From NCBI GenBank assembly GCA_043228905.1, contig JBHGNT010000007.1, positions 22,506,001 through 22,570,000 on the forward strand: DNA of 64,000 nt, given 5' to 3'. Of this stretch, positions 52,489 through 62,726 are shown piece after piece; position 1 is the stretch's first letter; the number at the start of each line of letters is the position of its first letter. The position numbers were made by a program, and so were the translations under genes. Source of the DNA: Azolla caroliniana (lineage: Eukaryota > Plantae > Polypodiophyta). Below the pieces are notes generated by a model. It was not told where the DNA came from. It did not search any database and was given only the letters and a program-made list of their open reading frames with translations.

Positions 52489-55400
52489 TCATTCCTCGCC
52501 CGTCGGTTCTTCCTCGTTTTCGGATCGTTCGTCACTGCTGACTAGAAGAGCCGGGTCTGGCTCGTCGTCGTGTCGCTTCTTGAACGCTTTGATCCGCTTC
52601 CCTGCAATCGGTATCGCCACTCTCGTGCCGTCGAGTTCCGCCAGGTGATATGTCCCGTTGTCATTGGCGCTCCGTACCACGTAAGGCCCGAACCACCTTC
52701 GTGCGAACTTTCGTGTAGCCCGGTGCTGGTTGTCGAGGCTGCTGTCGTAGACGAGCACCCAGTCACCTTCTTCGATTTTCTTCGGTCGGAGCCGGTGCGT
52801 TCGGTCGAACCTGGCTTTGTCCTTTTTCCTCGCCACCCGGAGCTTCTCCGCAGCCAGTTCCACGTCCTCCGGTCTCCGCTCGAGCTGTCGTATGCGCGCG
52901 GCCAACAGCTCCTCCCGGCTCATCTCGTCCCTCCAGTCGACCGTTGCCCACGAGGGGATAGTCCGTTCCATCGGCATGATCGGCTTCTGGCCGAACATGA
53001 GCTCCGTCGGCATGTACCCGGTTACCGAACTGTGCGTGGTCCGGTCTGCCCACAAAGCATAAGGTAGCAGCCGCGGCCAGTCACCGACTCGGCCTCCGCA
53101 TGCCCGAACCAACGCCTTGACGATCGGTCCGTGTCCGCGCTCCACCTTTCCATTCGCCTCCGGATTGTACGCAGTGGTGAGCGAGAGCTTGACTCCCAGC
53201 CGGTCGAACAGCTCCGCGGCTTCTTCAGCGTCCAACTCCCCTCGGTCAGCCACGATCTTCCCGACGCACCCGTACCGGCATATCACGTCCTCGATTAGGA
53301 ACCGGCATACGGCCGCGGTCGTTTTGTTCGGAAGGGCCCGGCCTTCCACCTGGTTCGTCAGATCCTCCCGCGCTAGGACCAGGTACCGCATCTGTCCTAC
53401 CCCCATTGGCATCGTCACCAGATCTACCATCCATTTGAAGTGGATGGTCGGAGGGTACGTGGGGTGAAGCTCGTCCCGATGTCGGACTATGGAGTGCATC
53501 TGACAGCTCTCGCAAGTTGTCACGAACCGATGCACGTCCTGGTACTGCCCCGGCCACCAATACTTCCCCTTTAATTTCTCAAACGTAGCCCATGTTCCAC
53601 GGTGTCCAGCCCAAGGGCTGGCGTGGTAGGCCGTCAGCAGCTCCTCCCGTTCTCCCTTCATCGCCACCACCCGGAGCGGAACGCCGTCCTTCTTCTTCGG
53701 GTGCTTCCATAGATAGCCATCCCGGAGAAAGAACCGGTACGCTTTCTTCCGGATCCGGTCGGCCTCGTCCTTCGTCCATGACGCATCGGGCGTCATTGTC
53801 TTCAGAAACCCACCGATCTGCAGCCACTCCCCGTCGTACTTGCTCGCGTCGAAGTCGTTAAGCGCCGGAGTGCTTGTTCCGTCTGTTGTTACATACGCTG
53901 TCTCGAAGAAGTCCACGCCGACGTCTTCGTCCTCCGAAACCATGCCGCCCTCGTCATCGAATCTCGCCCTCGAAAGCATGTCGGCCATGGCGTTGTCTTT
54001 CCCGGAAATGTGTCGTATTACCGGGTCTAGGGACTTGATGTACGCTATCCACCTGAGCATTGCCAGGTCCGGCGTCGCGCATCCGGAAACCATGCCGAGA
54101 ATCGGCATACAATCCGTCTCTATGATTACCTCCGTCCCGATCAGATAGTCCTTGTCGGCCTTTACCGCCGAAACGATACCCCAGAGTTCGCGTTTAACCT
54201 GGGCGTATCCTCGCTGCCGTTCGCTGAGGACCTTCGCGCCGAATCGGATCGGAAACCGATTGCCGTCCTCGTCTTCTTGATTGACGACCCACCCGATTCC
54301 GGTCGGACTCGTGTCAACCGTTATGTACACTGGGGTGCCCTTCCCGTAGACGGCCTTCCGGAGCGCCGGTGCTGCCGAAAGAGCCTCCTTCAGCTTCCGG
54401 ACCGACTCCGTGTGCTTGTCTAGCCATTCGAATCTTCGCCCTTTCCTCAATAATCCGTACAGCGGCTCCGCAACGTGGGCGTAATGCGGGATCCATATGT
54501 GGTAGAATGCGCATGCCCCCAGGAATCTTCGTACTTCCGTGACCGAGCTGCAGTCGGGCTTCATCGCGGAGATGGCTTCCACCTTTGCCGGAGACGGTTT
54601 CCGGCCATATGGCCCACATAAGTGTCCGACCACCATGATTTCCGACTGCCCGAAGGCTGATTTCTCCCCCGAGAAGGTGAGCCTCGCATCCTTTAGCCTT
54701 TGCAGCACCTTCTCGCAGTCGTCGATGTGCGCCATCACGAACCGCCGGCATCCGTCCGGCCCGATCGTCTCGTCCTTCTCTTCTACCGGGCATCCCTTGA
54801 TCGGGATGTCGTCTAGAAACGGCATGGTGATGTCCGGGATGCAGTCCCTCAGCACCTTGTTCATCGCATTCACCATGTGGGCCACCGAGTTGGTCGCTCC
54901 TTGCGGCAGCGTACACATCCGCACTAGGCCGAGGGGGGTTCGCATCGTCGTAAGGTCTCTGCTCCCCACGGCTAGCTGGAACTGGTCGTACCCTGAGTAT
55001 AGATCACCGACCGAGTAAATCGACCTTCCGGCGAAGGCCTCCGCGAACTCGTCTATGGTCGGTCCGATCCCCGCGTTCCGAATGGTCACTCTATTGACCG
55101 GCTGCAGGTCCTGAATGAAGCGCAATGATCCGTTTTTCTTTGGTACGGTAAACCAGCGGTTTGAATACGGGGCGCTCGACGGCTCGAGAATGCCCATATC
55201 AACTTTCTGCTTCAACAGCTCCATCAACTTCGGGATGTGAGCTCTCGGAACCGAAATTGGCTTGAGATTCCACGGTACATGCGGTACCGTGAATATCACC
55301 ATCGGCTCTACGATCGTCGGGTCCACGCACCCGATTTCCTCCGGCGAGAATGCGAAGGCTTTCCCGTGCCTTCCGAGCATTCTCCGAAACCGGTCTTCCT

Positions 55401-55977
55401 CCGCCGGCAGTAGGAACCCGCCCCCACCGATCTTCAGCTCGCGGAGCGTCTCGTTGGTGAAGGTGTGTCCTATGCAGGCCCGATCTCGTAAGCTGGGGTC
55501 CGATGCAACCCCTTTAATCCGGGATTCGCTGCCCTCCGGTAAGGGCGCCGCAACTGGCCTCACCTTCCGGTCCACAGTCTTGTACTTGGTGCTCACTCGG
55601 GCCGTCCGTTCCGACTCGAGCCCTCGACCGAAGTCCGCGATGACTTCGTACATTTCTTCGGAACATACCGGTATCGTCCGGTCTTCGTTAAGGTCTTCTT
55701 CGACTACCTTCCCCAGCATTCCCAAGGTGTCGTCGAAGGAGACTATCTCCACGGCTCCGTTGATTCCTTCGTCAGGGCCGAGAACTCCGCACGCCCGAAG
55801 TCTCCCCTCCGTCTTTGTTTTCTCTCGGCCGGTGATGCCGACCATCGTACATGCTCCGCTGTCGGAGAAGCAAAATTTCCTACCTATTGTACACGGTTTT
55901 ATCGTACAGATGTGGGGTTTTTCCGGAGCATCCGGACTGTCGCGGCCCCACGCCTTGGCAGTCCTCTCTAAAAATCC
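52489..55977 (-). CDS. pol: Pol (RT-RNase H-integrase) of the nested Gypsy, probably reached by a -1 frameshift
   Basis: RT LPQG..FLDD, RNase H DTS..E..D, integrase zinc finger GH..CESC, D,D35E and GPY; the frame is open upstream of ATG 55845 back to the slippery site. Confidence 0.93.
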   Translation of the reverse strand, partial: GFLERTAKAWGRDSPDAPEKPHICTIKPCTIGRKFCFSDSGACTMVGITGREKTKTEGRLRACGVLGPDEGINGAVEIVSFDDTLGMLGKVVEEDLNEDRTIPVCSEEMYEVIADFGRGLESERTARVSTKYKTVDRKVRPVAAPLPEGSESRIKGVASDPSLRDRACIGHTFTNETLRELKIGGGGFLLPAEEDRFRRMLGRHGKAFAFSPEEIGCVDPTIVEPMVIFTVPHVPWNLKPISVPRAHIPKLMELLKQKVDMGILEPSSAPYSNRWFTVPKKNGSLRFIQDLQPVNRVTIRNAGIGPTIDEFAEAFAGRSIYSVGDLYSGYDQFQLAVGSRDLTTMRTPLGLVRMCTLPQGATNSVAHMVNAMNKVLRDCIPDITMPFLDDIPIKGCPVEEKDETIGPDGCRRFVMAHIDDCEKVLQRLKDARLTFSGEKSAFGQSEIMVVGHLCGPYGRKPSPAKVEAISAMKPDCSSVTEVRRFLGACAFYHIWIPHYAHVAEPLYGLLRKGRRFEWLDKHTESVRKLKEALSAAPALRKAVYGKGTPVYITVDTSPTGIGWVVNQEDEDGNRFPIRFGAKVLSERQRGYAQVKRELWGIVSAVKADKDYLIGTEVIIETDCMPILGMVSGCATPDLAMLRWIAYIKSLDPVIRHISGKDNAMADMLSRARFDDEGGMVSEDEDVGVDFFETAYVTTDGTSTPALNDFDASKYDGEWLQIGGFLKTMTPDASWTKDEADRIRKKAYRFFLRDGYLWKHPKKKDGVPLRVVAMKGEREELLTAYHASPWAGHRGTWATFEKLKGKYWWPGQYQDVHRFVTTCESCQMHSIVRHRDELHPTYPPTIHFKWMVDLVTMPMGVGQMRYLVLAREDLTNQVEGRALPNKTTAAVCRFLIEDVICRYGCVGKIVADRGELDAEEAAELFDRLGVKLSLTTAYNPEANGKVERGHGPIVKALVRACGGRVGDWPRLLPYALWADRTTHSSVTGYMPTELMFGQKPIMPMERTIPSWATVDWRDEMSREELLAARIRQLERRPEDVELAAEKLRVARKKDKARFDRTHRLRPKKIEEGDWVLVYDSSLDNQHRATRKFARRWFGPYVVRSANDNGTYHLAELDGTRVAIPIAGKRIKAFKKRHDDEPDPALLVSSDERSENEEEPTGEE
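55934..55977 (-). promoter_or_regulatory. Putative -1 ribosomal frameshift signal
   Basis: G GAU UUU heptamer (55977-55971) directly before UAG, 6-nt spacer, then stem GGACUG/CAGUCC; the -1 frame is the pol frame. Confidence 0.75.
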
Positions 55978-58094
55978 TCTCGGTTGTCGGAACCGAGGGA
56001 ATCGCGGTTACGTTCGTGGTTCGGCCGTACCGTCAGAAACTGGACCGAATGGCGCCCGTCTTGGCTTTTGACCCTCGCGTAGGCCGAACCATTGTCCAGC
56101 ACTTTGGTCTCCATCCTCGCCGCCGTGATGTACGGCTCTCCCAGAATGACCGGATGCGAAGACGTCTCCTGCACGAAGAAGTGCTGGTCAATCTCGACGT
56201 CGCCGATCTTGACTCGCACATTCGGACAGGCCCCGTGCAGTTCCTCGGTGGCACGCGTTGCTGCCCTTATTTTCCACCCGTGCTTGGTGTTGATCGGCCA
56301 TTTGCCCTTCTTATAGAAGTCCATGGACATCAAATTGATCTCCGATCCGTGGTCCACCAAAGCTGTCACCGGTTCCTGGACATCGCCGATCTTCACCGGG
56401 GTTTCCGTGGTCGCTCGGGCCCAGTGTGGCCTCGAATAGTGGCTTTCCGCCCACTCGTCTCCCAGCGCCATGTCGTCTAGGTGCGTCGTCCGCACTTCCA
56501 CCGGTCTTTCCGGTTCTGTCTCCGTCGACAGCCTCTTCCGTTTCACCAAGTCCACGATGGAGTCGTGGAACTCCTTCTTGGCGATTCCCAGCACCTCTCG
56601 TAACGTCAGCTCCACCTTGTTGTCGAGGATCCGTTCCTCCAGGACCTTCCGTAAGTCCGTGGCCCTTTCTATCTCCGTCCCCAGACGGTACCCGCCCTTC
56701 TGGGGTTTATCTTGCGTGCCGGCCCCGCCGGCTTCGTCCCGTCGTGGCCCGGACCGGGTCTCGTATCGTTGTGAGGGCCCGGTCGTCCCGGGTTTCCCCA
56801 CCCGCTTCTCTTCTACCAGAGCCTCGTAGTTCTGGCAAGCGGCTTCCACGAAGCCCGTCCGTTCCTCGACCGGGTCGCTCCACCCGGTCATCTCCCGAAC
56901 CCGTTTCTCCGCACGGTCCGATTCCTCCCCTTTAAGCCTTGCACCGGCAAGGCCTTCCAGCATCGTCGGCCAGAATCCGGCTTTGCTTTCCCTTCGGGCC
57001 TCGCCGCCCCCGACTCGAATGCCGGCCGACGCCGAGTAGTGGACTGTTTCCGCGTGTCGGGCCGCCGCCTCTTCCATCAACCTTTTCATACCGCCTCGCC
57101 CGTCGTTTCGGCTCAGGGCCCTTCGGGTGTCGCTGGCATGCACCCGTCCTTCCCACAGGTACACCACCCTGTTCCTCAGCGCCTCCGCGAAGTCGCCGCA
57201 GTCCTTCCGGATGTGGCCGACTTCATCGCACCACATGCACCTGTTTCCTGCCGCCGGCCGTCGGTCACGAGCCGGTTCGCCTCCTTCCCTTCGGGCCTGC
57301 GCGATCTGGAGGTCCTTTATCGCCTTCGTCAATTCCTCTAGCGCCGCTCCTCCGGTTGAGCCTCTGACTACGCCGGTCGAAGCCGAACCGGTTTCCAACC
57401 ACTCTCGGGTCTCTTCCTTTCGCACCTGTGGCGCCGGTTCGAGCTTCCTTGCTGCGACCGAGCCCGACCCGGTCGCCCCGTTATCCGCCCATTCTCGCCG
57501 TTTGTCGAAGCGGCCACAGACCTTCCTGACAGCCGCCCAGTCGGTAGTGAGCCCGTCTTCGGTTTCCAGCAAGAGGCCCACTTGCTCCCGATCCCGCTCG
57601 TCGACCGACTTGACAAACAGCAAGACCCGGCTCGTGTCCAGGATGGTTCGGTCGAGCGCCGAAAGGCGCGCAAAGTTTTCCTCGAACTCCCGGAGGAGCG
57701 CCGACGCGTTTCTTCCCTTTCCCGGGGACTCCACCCATTCCATGAACCTTCGCTTCGAAAGCCGGAGCGCGTCGTCCAGCCCGTATTTCTCTAGGAGCCG
57801 ACCTTCGAACTCCTCCCAGGTACGGCTCTCCGTCCGCACCTCGAGCACCTCCGCATGGATGCTCGGCATCGCCACTCGGGGAAATCCGGCAAGACGCCTT
57901 TCTTCCGGAATGTCCCGCATCAGCATCTCTGCACCGTAGGACGCCAAGTACTTCGTGGCATCCTTCCCATCGAACCGGCCGATCGTACCGACGACCGCCT
58001 CAATAGCTCTGTCGAGGGCACCGGTGCCCTCGCGCGCGTTTACAATCCGATCCACGGCCGAAGCCATGGCCTCTGCAAGATCCGACCCCCTCAT
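55968..58094 (-). CDS. gag: Gag-protease ORF of the nested Gypsy
   Basis: First ATG after the PBS at 58094; CCHC CMWCDEVGHIRKDC; aspartic protease LVDHGSEIN..ILG.P; TAG at 55968-55970. Confidence 0.9.
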   Translation of the reverse strand: MRGSDLAEAMASAVDRIVNAREGTGALDRAIEAVVGTIGRFDGKDATKYLASYGAEMLMRDIPEERRLAGFPRVAMPSIHAEVLEVRTESRTWEEFEGRLLEKYGLDDALRLSKRRFMEWVESPGKGRNASALLREFEENFARLSALDRTILDTSRVLLFVKSVDERDREQVGLLLETEDGLTTDWAAVRKVCGRFDKRREWADNGATGSGSVAARKLEPAPQVRKEETREWLETGSASTGVVRGSTGGAALEELTKAIKDLQIAQARREGGEPARDRRPAAGNRCMWCDEVGHIRKDCGDFAEALRNRVVYLWEGRVHASDTRRALSRNDGRGGMKRLMEEAAARHAETVHYSASAGIRVGGGEARRESKAGFWPTMLEGLAGARLKGEESDRAEKRVREMTGWSDPVEERTGFVEAACQNYEALVEEKRVGKPGTTGPSQRYETRSGPRRDEAGGAGTQDKPQKGGYRLGTEIERATDLRKVLEERILDNKVELTLREVLGIAKKEFHDSIVDLVKRKRLSTETEPERPVEVRTTHLDDMALGDEWAESHYSRPHWARATTETPVKIGDVQEPVTALVDHGSEINLMSMDFYKKGKWPINTKHGWKIRAATRATEELHGACPNVRVKIGDVEIDQHFFVQETSSHPVILGEPYITAARMETKVLDNGSAYARVKSQDGRHSVQFLTVRPNHERNRDSLGSDNREDF

Positions 58095-58116
58095 CTTCTG
58101 CTCTTCTGCCGCCTCT

Positions 58117-58134
58117 TTCACGTCGGGTTCACCA
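58117..58134 (-). promoter_or_regulatory. Primer binding site complementary to tRNA-Trp
   Basis: TGGTGAACCCGACGTGAA, 3 nt from the 5' LTR; the plus strand TTCACGTCGGGTTCACCA matches the recalled 3' end of plant cytosolic tRNA-Trp. Confidence 0.8.
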
Positions 58135-61100
58135 AGATGTCGAGATATTTCGCAAGTGCGTGTGGATACGAGGCGGGACCGCGGGGGTCTCGAACCAAAG
58201 AGCAAGCGAGGGAGGAGAAAGAGAGAGAGCCGGCTACGCAGGACCGGGGATACACAGGGACACGGCCCTTCGGCACGGAGAACGCGAACAGACACCGACA
58301 CAGACAGATGCGAACGACTAAATATGTATATTAACGAAAACGGCTAACACGACTACAACCCTCGATGGGGCTCAGGTTGGTTACAACCGAACAAGCCGGC
58401 GAACAGATGCCGATGCTTGTTCGCTTCGATGCACAAAAGAAAAGGGGGGGGGGAAGCAGGTCGGAGGTGCTGCCGGAAGCACTCGGGCGTTCCTCGAAAC
58501 AGCACGAGCCTCCTCGGAACCCTGCACAGAAAAGCTATGGAGCTCAAGAAGGAAGGAAACAGCGAGAGAGAAGCGTCCAGAAACGGTCCGACAGCACTTC
58601 CTCCTCTCCGCGCGAGATCCCTGCAACAGCTTTTTCCCGCTCCTTATATAGGCCGACGAGCAGCCCGTCGTGTCAGCTTTATTCCCTGTCCCTTTTGGAC
58701 AGGGATCCGCTCCGTTTTTCACGCATCCGCGTAGTTACGCCGCCGACTCGTACAGTTCGCGCGCGCGACCGAAAAGACTGTTCGCGCGGTCTTTGTCTCC
58801 ACTTGAGTTAGGGCCCGTTCCTGCCGATTATCCTCCTAATTCGCTTCTATGTACAACTTGGAGCGTGCGCGCGTGAAGAACCGGTTCCCATGCCTTGATG
58901 CGCCGATTCCGCCTATGGACGGTTTTCTTCACGACAACGCTCCGTTTGCCTGTCAGTTTGGGGGTGATAAGCGGAGGACAGCTTGACAGAGATGCCTAAA
59001 GTTTGTAGCAGGCGCTGCCAAAAGGGAGAGACAAATTGGGGTCCGCGATCCGAGATGACATCATCGGGGAGTCCATGCAAGCGTACCACATTGTTGAGTC
59101 GTAGATGCACCATTCCTTCTCCGGAAATGGTTTTGGAGCATGGAGTGAAGTGAGCCATCTTCGTAAACCGATCAACGACCAACATCGAGTCATAGCTATT
59201 GACCAAGGGTAGATCAGTTATCAGGTCCATAGACATAGAGGCCTAAGGACGACGAGGACATGGAAGCGGCTGTAGTAAGCCGTATGGCCGATGATGAATG
59301 ACTTTGGAACGAGCACAAAACTCACAATTCTTTATATATTCTTTGACCAACTTCCATGGTTGTGGCCACCAATACCCCCGAGAGATTAGCTCGAGGGTTT
59401 TCGCGACCCTGAAATGACCTGCAACTGGGTCATCGTGGCATTCTCGCAACACCCGGGTGCGACATGGGCCCTCTGGGACGTATAAGAGATGATCTCGGAA
59501 CAACAAACCCTCTTGTATGGTGAAGGTGTCAAGATCCTTCCTTTTGGTCACCTTGGAGGGGTTTTGCAGACTATCTCGAATCTCGTTGGCGAACGCATCG
59601 GTCTTGTATGCATCAGTGATTTGTTGGAGTAAAGAATCATCCTGCAACATACAAGTGGCAAAAAGATGCAATTGGTCGGGTTTCAACAAACGTCTAGATT
59701 GTTGAGCATAAGCAGCATCCCCAGGGCGGAGTGCAAGGTCAGCTCGGCGAGAAAGGGCATTAGCCTTCCCATGTTGGCCACCAGGTCGAAATACGATCTC
59801 AAAATCGTAGTTGGCGAGAAATGTCGCCCAACGGGCCTGTCTTCGATTCAAGTACGAGTGGTGGAAAAATAAACTAAATTTTTATGATCAGTCACTACTT
59901 GGACACGATGTTGTGCGACGGCCAAGTAGGGTCGCCATTCTTCAAAGGCAGCAATGATAGCAGCACACTCCTTGTCGTAAATGGGATAATTGATTTCGGA
60001 TGTCGTAAATTTTCGGGAATAGTAAGCCATTGGGTGCATTAGGTTGTTGTCGTCTACCTGGGATAAGATGGTGCCAATGGCAAAGTCAGAGGCATCGGTT
60101 TCGACTTGGAAGGGTTTTGTGGGGTCGGCATGTAGCAGCACTGGGGCAGTGATGAATGCGTGTTTGAGTGAGTCGAACGCATTTTGCGCCTCCGAGGTCC
60201 ATAAAAATTGAGTGCCTTTATGGGTGAGAGCGATAAGAGGTTGTGCTAGGGTGGAAAACCCCTTGATGAAGCGACGGTAAAAATTCGCGAAGCCGAGGAA
60301 GGATTGCACATCTTTAAGTCGCCTTGGAGTCGCCCATGCATGAATGACAGACACCTTCATATCCATGGTGATGCCAGTGGGCGAGATGATGTAGCCCAGA
60401 AATTCGATCGAGGTATGGTCGAACTCGCATTTCTCGCCTTTGGCATAAAGGCCATGCTCGCGAAGTTTGGCAAGAACTAATTGGACTTGGTGAGTGTGCT
60501 CCTCCATGTTTGGCGAGAAAATGAGAATATCATCGAGGTAAATGACAACAAAAAGATCAAGATATTCTCGAAATATATCGTTCATCATATGTTGAAAAAC
60601 TACGGGAGCGTTAGTAAGATCAAAAGGCATTACCTTGTATCCGAAATGCCCATACCGTGTTCGAAATGCGGTTTTCCATTCATCCCCCGGCTTGATGCGT
60701 ACTAGATTGTACGCTCCACGCAAATCAACTTTGGAGAAGACACGTGCAACTCGGAGCCGATCAAGGAGTTCGGGGATCAGAGGTAGCGGATAGCGGTTGC
60801 GCATAGTGAGTTTGTTGAGACCTCAGTAGTCGACGCATAAGCGTAGAGAGCCGTCCTTCTTCAAAAATAAAATGGGGGCCCCGGCTGGTGACTTAGAAGG
60901 TTGAATAAATCCTTTCTCGAGGTTCTCATCGAGATACACACGAAGGGCCTTCAACTCTGGTGCAGACAACGCATATAGAGGACCAAAGGATGGACACGCA
61001 CCTTCTTGAAGATCAATCGGACAGTCGTAGAGCCGGTGTTCAAGCAAACAATCAGCATTACATTTTTCAAATACGTCGGAGAAGTGTTGGTATTTTTCGG

Positions 61101-62715
61101 GAATAACATGGAGTGTGTTAGAAATGGCGCCACAAACAAACCCATCCTGGACCGATGATGGGGTAGTCAATTCGGAGTTGACCGTCTCCGAAGGATAGGA
61201 AATTGAATTTACCTTCATACTTTTGCACAAGCATCTTGGCTTGCTAAATGTGATCGAGCAGTTGCACCAATCCACTATTGGATTGTGCGCCTCCAACCAC
61301 GTTAGTCCTAAGACGATCGGATGTCGAGGAGATGCGATGAGGTAAAAGGCGAGCTCCTCCTGGTGTGAGCCCACCCGAAGCCCTAATGGAATTGTAGCTT
61401 GAGTAATTGCACCTGACGAGAGGATGCACCCGTCGATGGCTTCAACTGGAATGGGTTTTGAGAGGCCAACGACAGGTATGACATGTGCTTGGGCAAATGC
61501 GACGTCGATGAAGCAAGAAGATGCCCAAGAATCAAGTAAAGCAACAGACTGAATGGAACTAGAGTTAAACGAAAGCCATACCTCCAATGTGAAATTGCTT
61601 GATGGTCCGGCAATGGAACCAAGAGAATGTGGGCAATGGGAGATGTCCAGTTGCATGGCTCCTACTGCAACCGAACGATGTCATTTTCCAGATGTTTGGG
61701 TCCGTTAGCTCAATGGAATTGTGGGCAAGTACTCCTAGGACAATGGTGAACGACATGACCAGAGGCGCCACAATACATGCACAAGCCATTAGCCCGCCGA
61801 AATTGTCGTTCAACATCAGTCAATGGCCGAAATCGGGCTTGATCAATTTCCATGGGGACAGGAGCATCTGCCAAAGTAGGCGAGTGTGAGGATGCCTGGG
61901 GTTGTATGACCAAGGCGTGGCGTGGAAGTGAATGAGGTGGAACCCAAGTCCGTCACTCTTCTTGGCGAAATTCGAAAAGACGATTGTCCAAATGGACTGC
62001 TTGTGAAATCGCTTGGGATAACGAGGTGGGCTCCGGAAAGTTTAAGAGAAGATTCTTGACATTGCTTCGAAGGCCGCGCCGAAAGTGATCAGCTAAAGCT
62101 TGATCATCCCAATTGACGTCGCATGCTAGTTGTCGAAATTCTGAAGCATAGACAGAAGTTGCACGCGAACCTTGTTCGAGTGCATAAATCTTGTTAAGAG
62201 CTGTACGTCGTTGGTCCGTCTCTCCAAATGTGGCCTCTAACTCGGCGAGGAAGGCGGGAAAGTCCTCCAATAGAGGTGACGAGGTTTCTACCAATGGTGC
62301 AAACCAAGCTTGGGTTGGACCGGAGAGAAGGGTGCCCACAAGGCCAACTTGTCAAAGACCATCTCCATAACGTTGAGGTTGTAGCCAAATTATAAGTCGA
62401 ACTTGGTTGATGAACCCTCAGAAACGCGACCTCGTTCCATCAAATTTTTCTGGGAGGCTAACCTTAGGCTCAAGAAACTGTGACGAAGCTAGGCTAGATG
62501 TTGGTAGAAGATCGGGCTCTAGGCTAGGTTGTTGTGGGAGACTAGGGTTCGGGGGTTGTGAGGATAGGGAGGTACCAACTTGAAGTTCTTGTAAAGAATT
62601 TCGAAGAGCTTCATTTTCAAGCTGTAGTTGTCGTAAGGCTACCATTATTTGGCCTAACTCACTAGTTGAGTCAGACATAGCTATGGCTTATGAGAGGGAG
62701 AGCTATGAGGATGGG

Positions 62716-62726
62716 AAGATGAACAA
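62716..62726 (-). promoter_or_regulatory. Non-tRNA (self-priming-type) PBS of the Tcn1-like element
   Basis: No TGG motif; UUGUUCAUCUU is complementary (11 bp, one G-U) to AAGGUGAACAA at 62831-62821, about 30 nt downstream of TATAAATA. Confidence 0.65.

Larger units (their letters stand above)
51619..58936 (-). mobile_element. Intact, very young non-chromoviral Ty3/Gypsy element with a tRNA-Trp PBS, nested in the Tcn1-like integrase
   Basis: 799-bp LTRs 51619-52417 and 58138-58936 differing at one visible base; 4-bp TSD ACGC; PBS 58117-58134; PPT at about 52418-52432; two intact ORFs. Confidence 0.97.

Noticed and set aside
55262-57939. Long plus-strand ORFs (269 and 270 aa) antisense to gag/pol
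   Set aside because: Expected shadow ORFs in GC-rich coding DNA; no recognisable motifs.
58095-58301. N-terminal extension of the 777-aa gag ORF, and the same start on ORF 50997-51782
   Set aside because: A non-ATG start lying inside the LTR; the 50997-51782 ORF is an LTR/host-integrase chimera created by the insertion.
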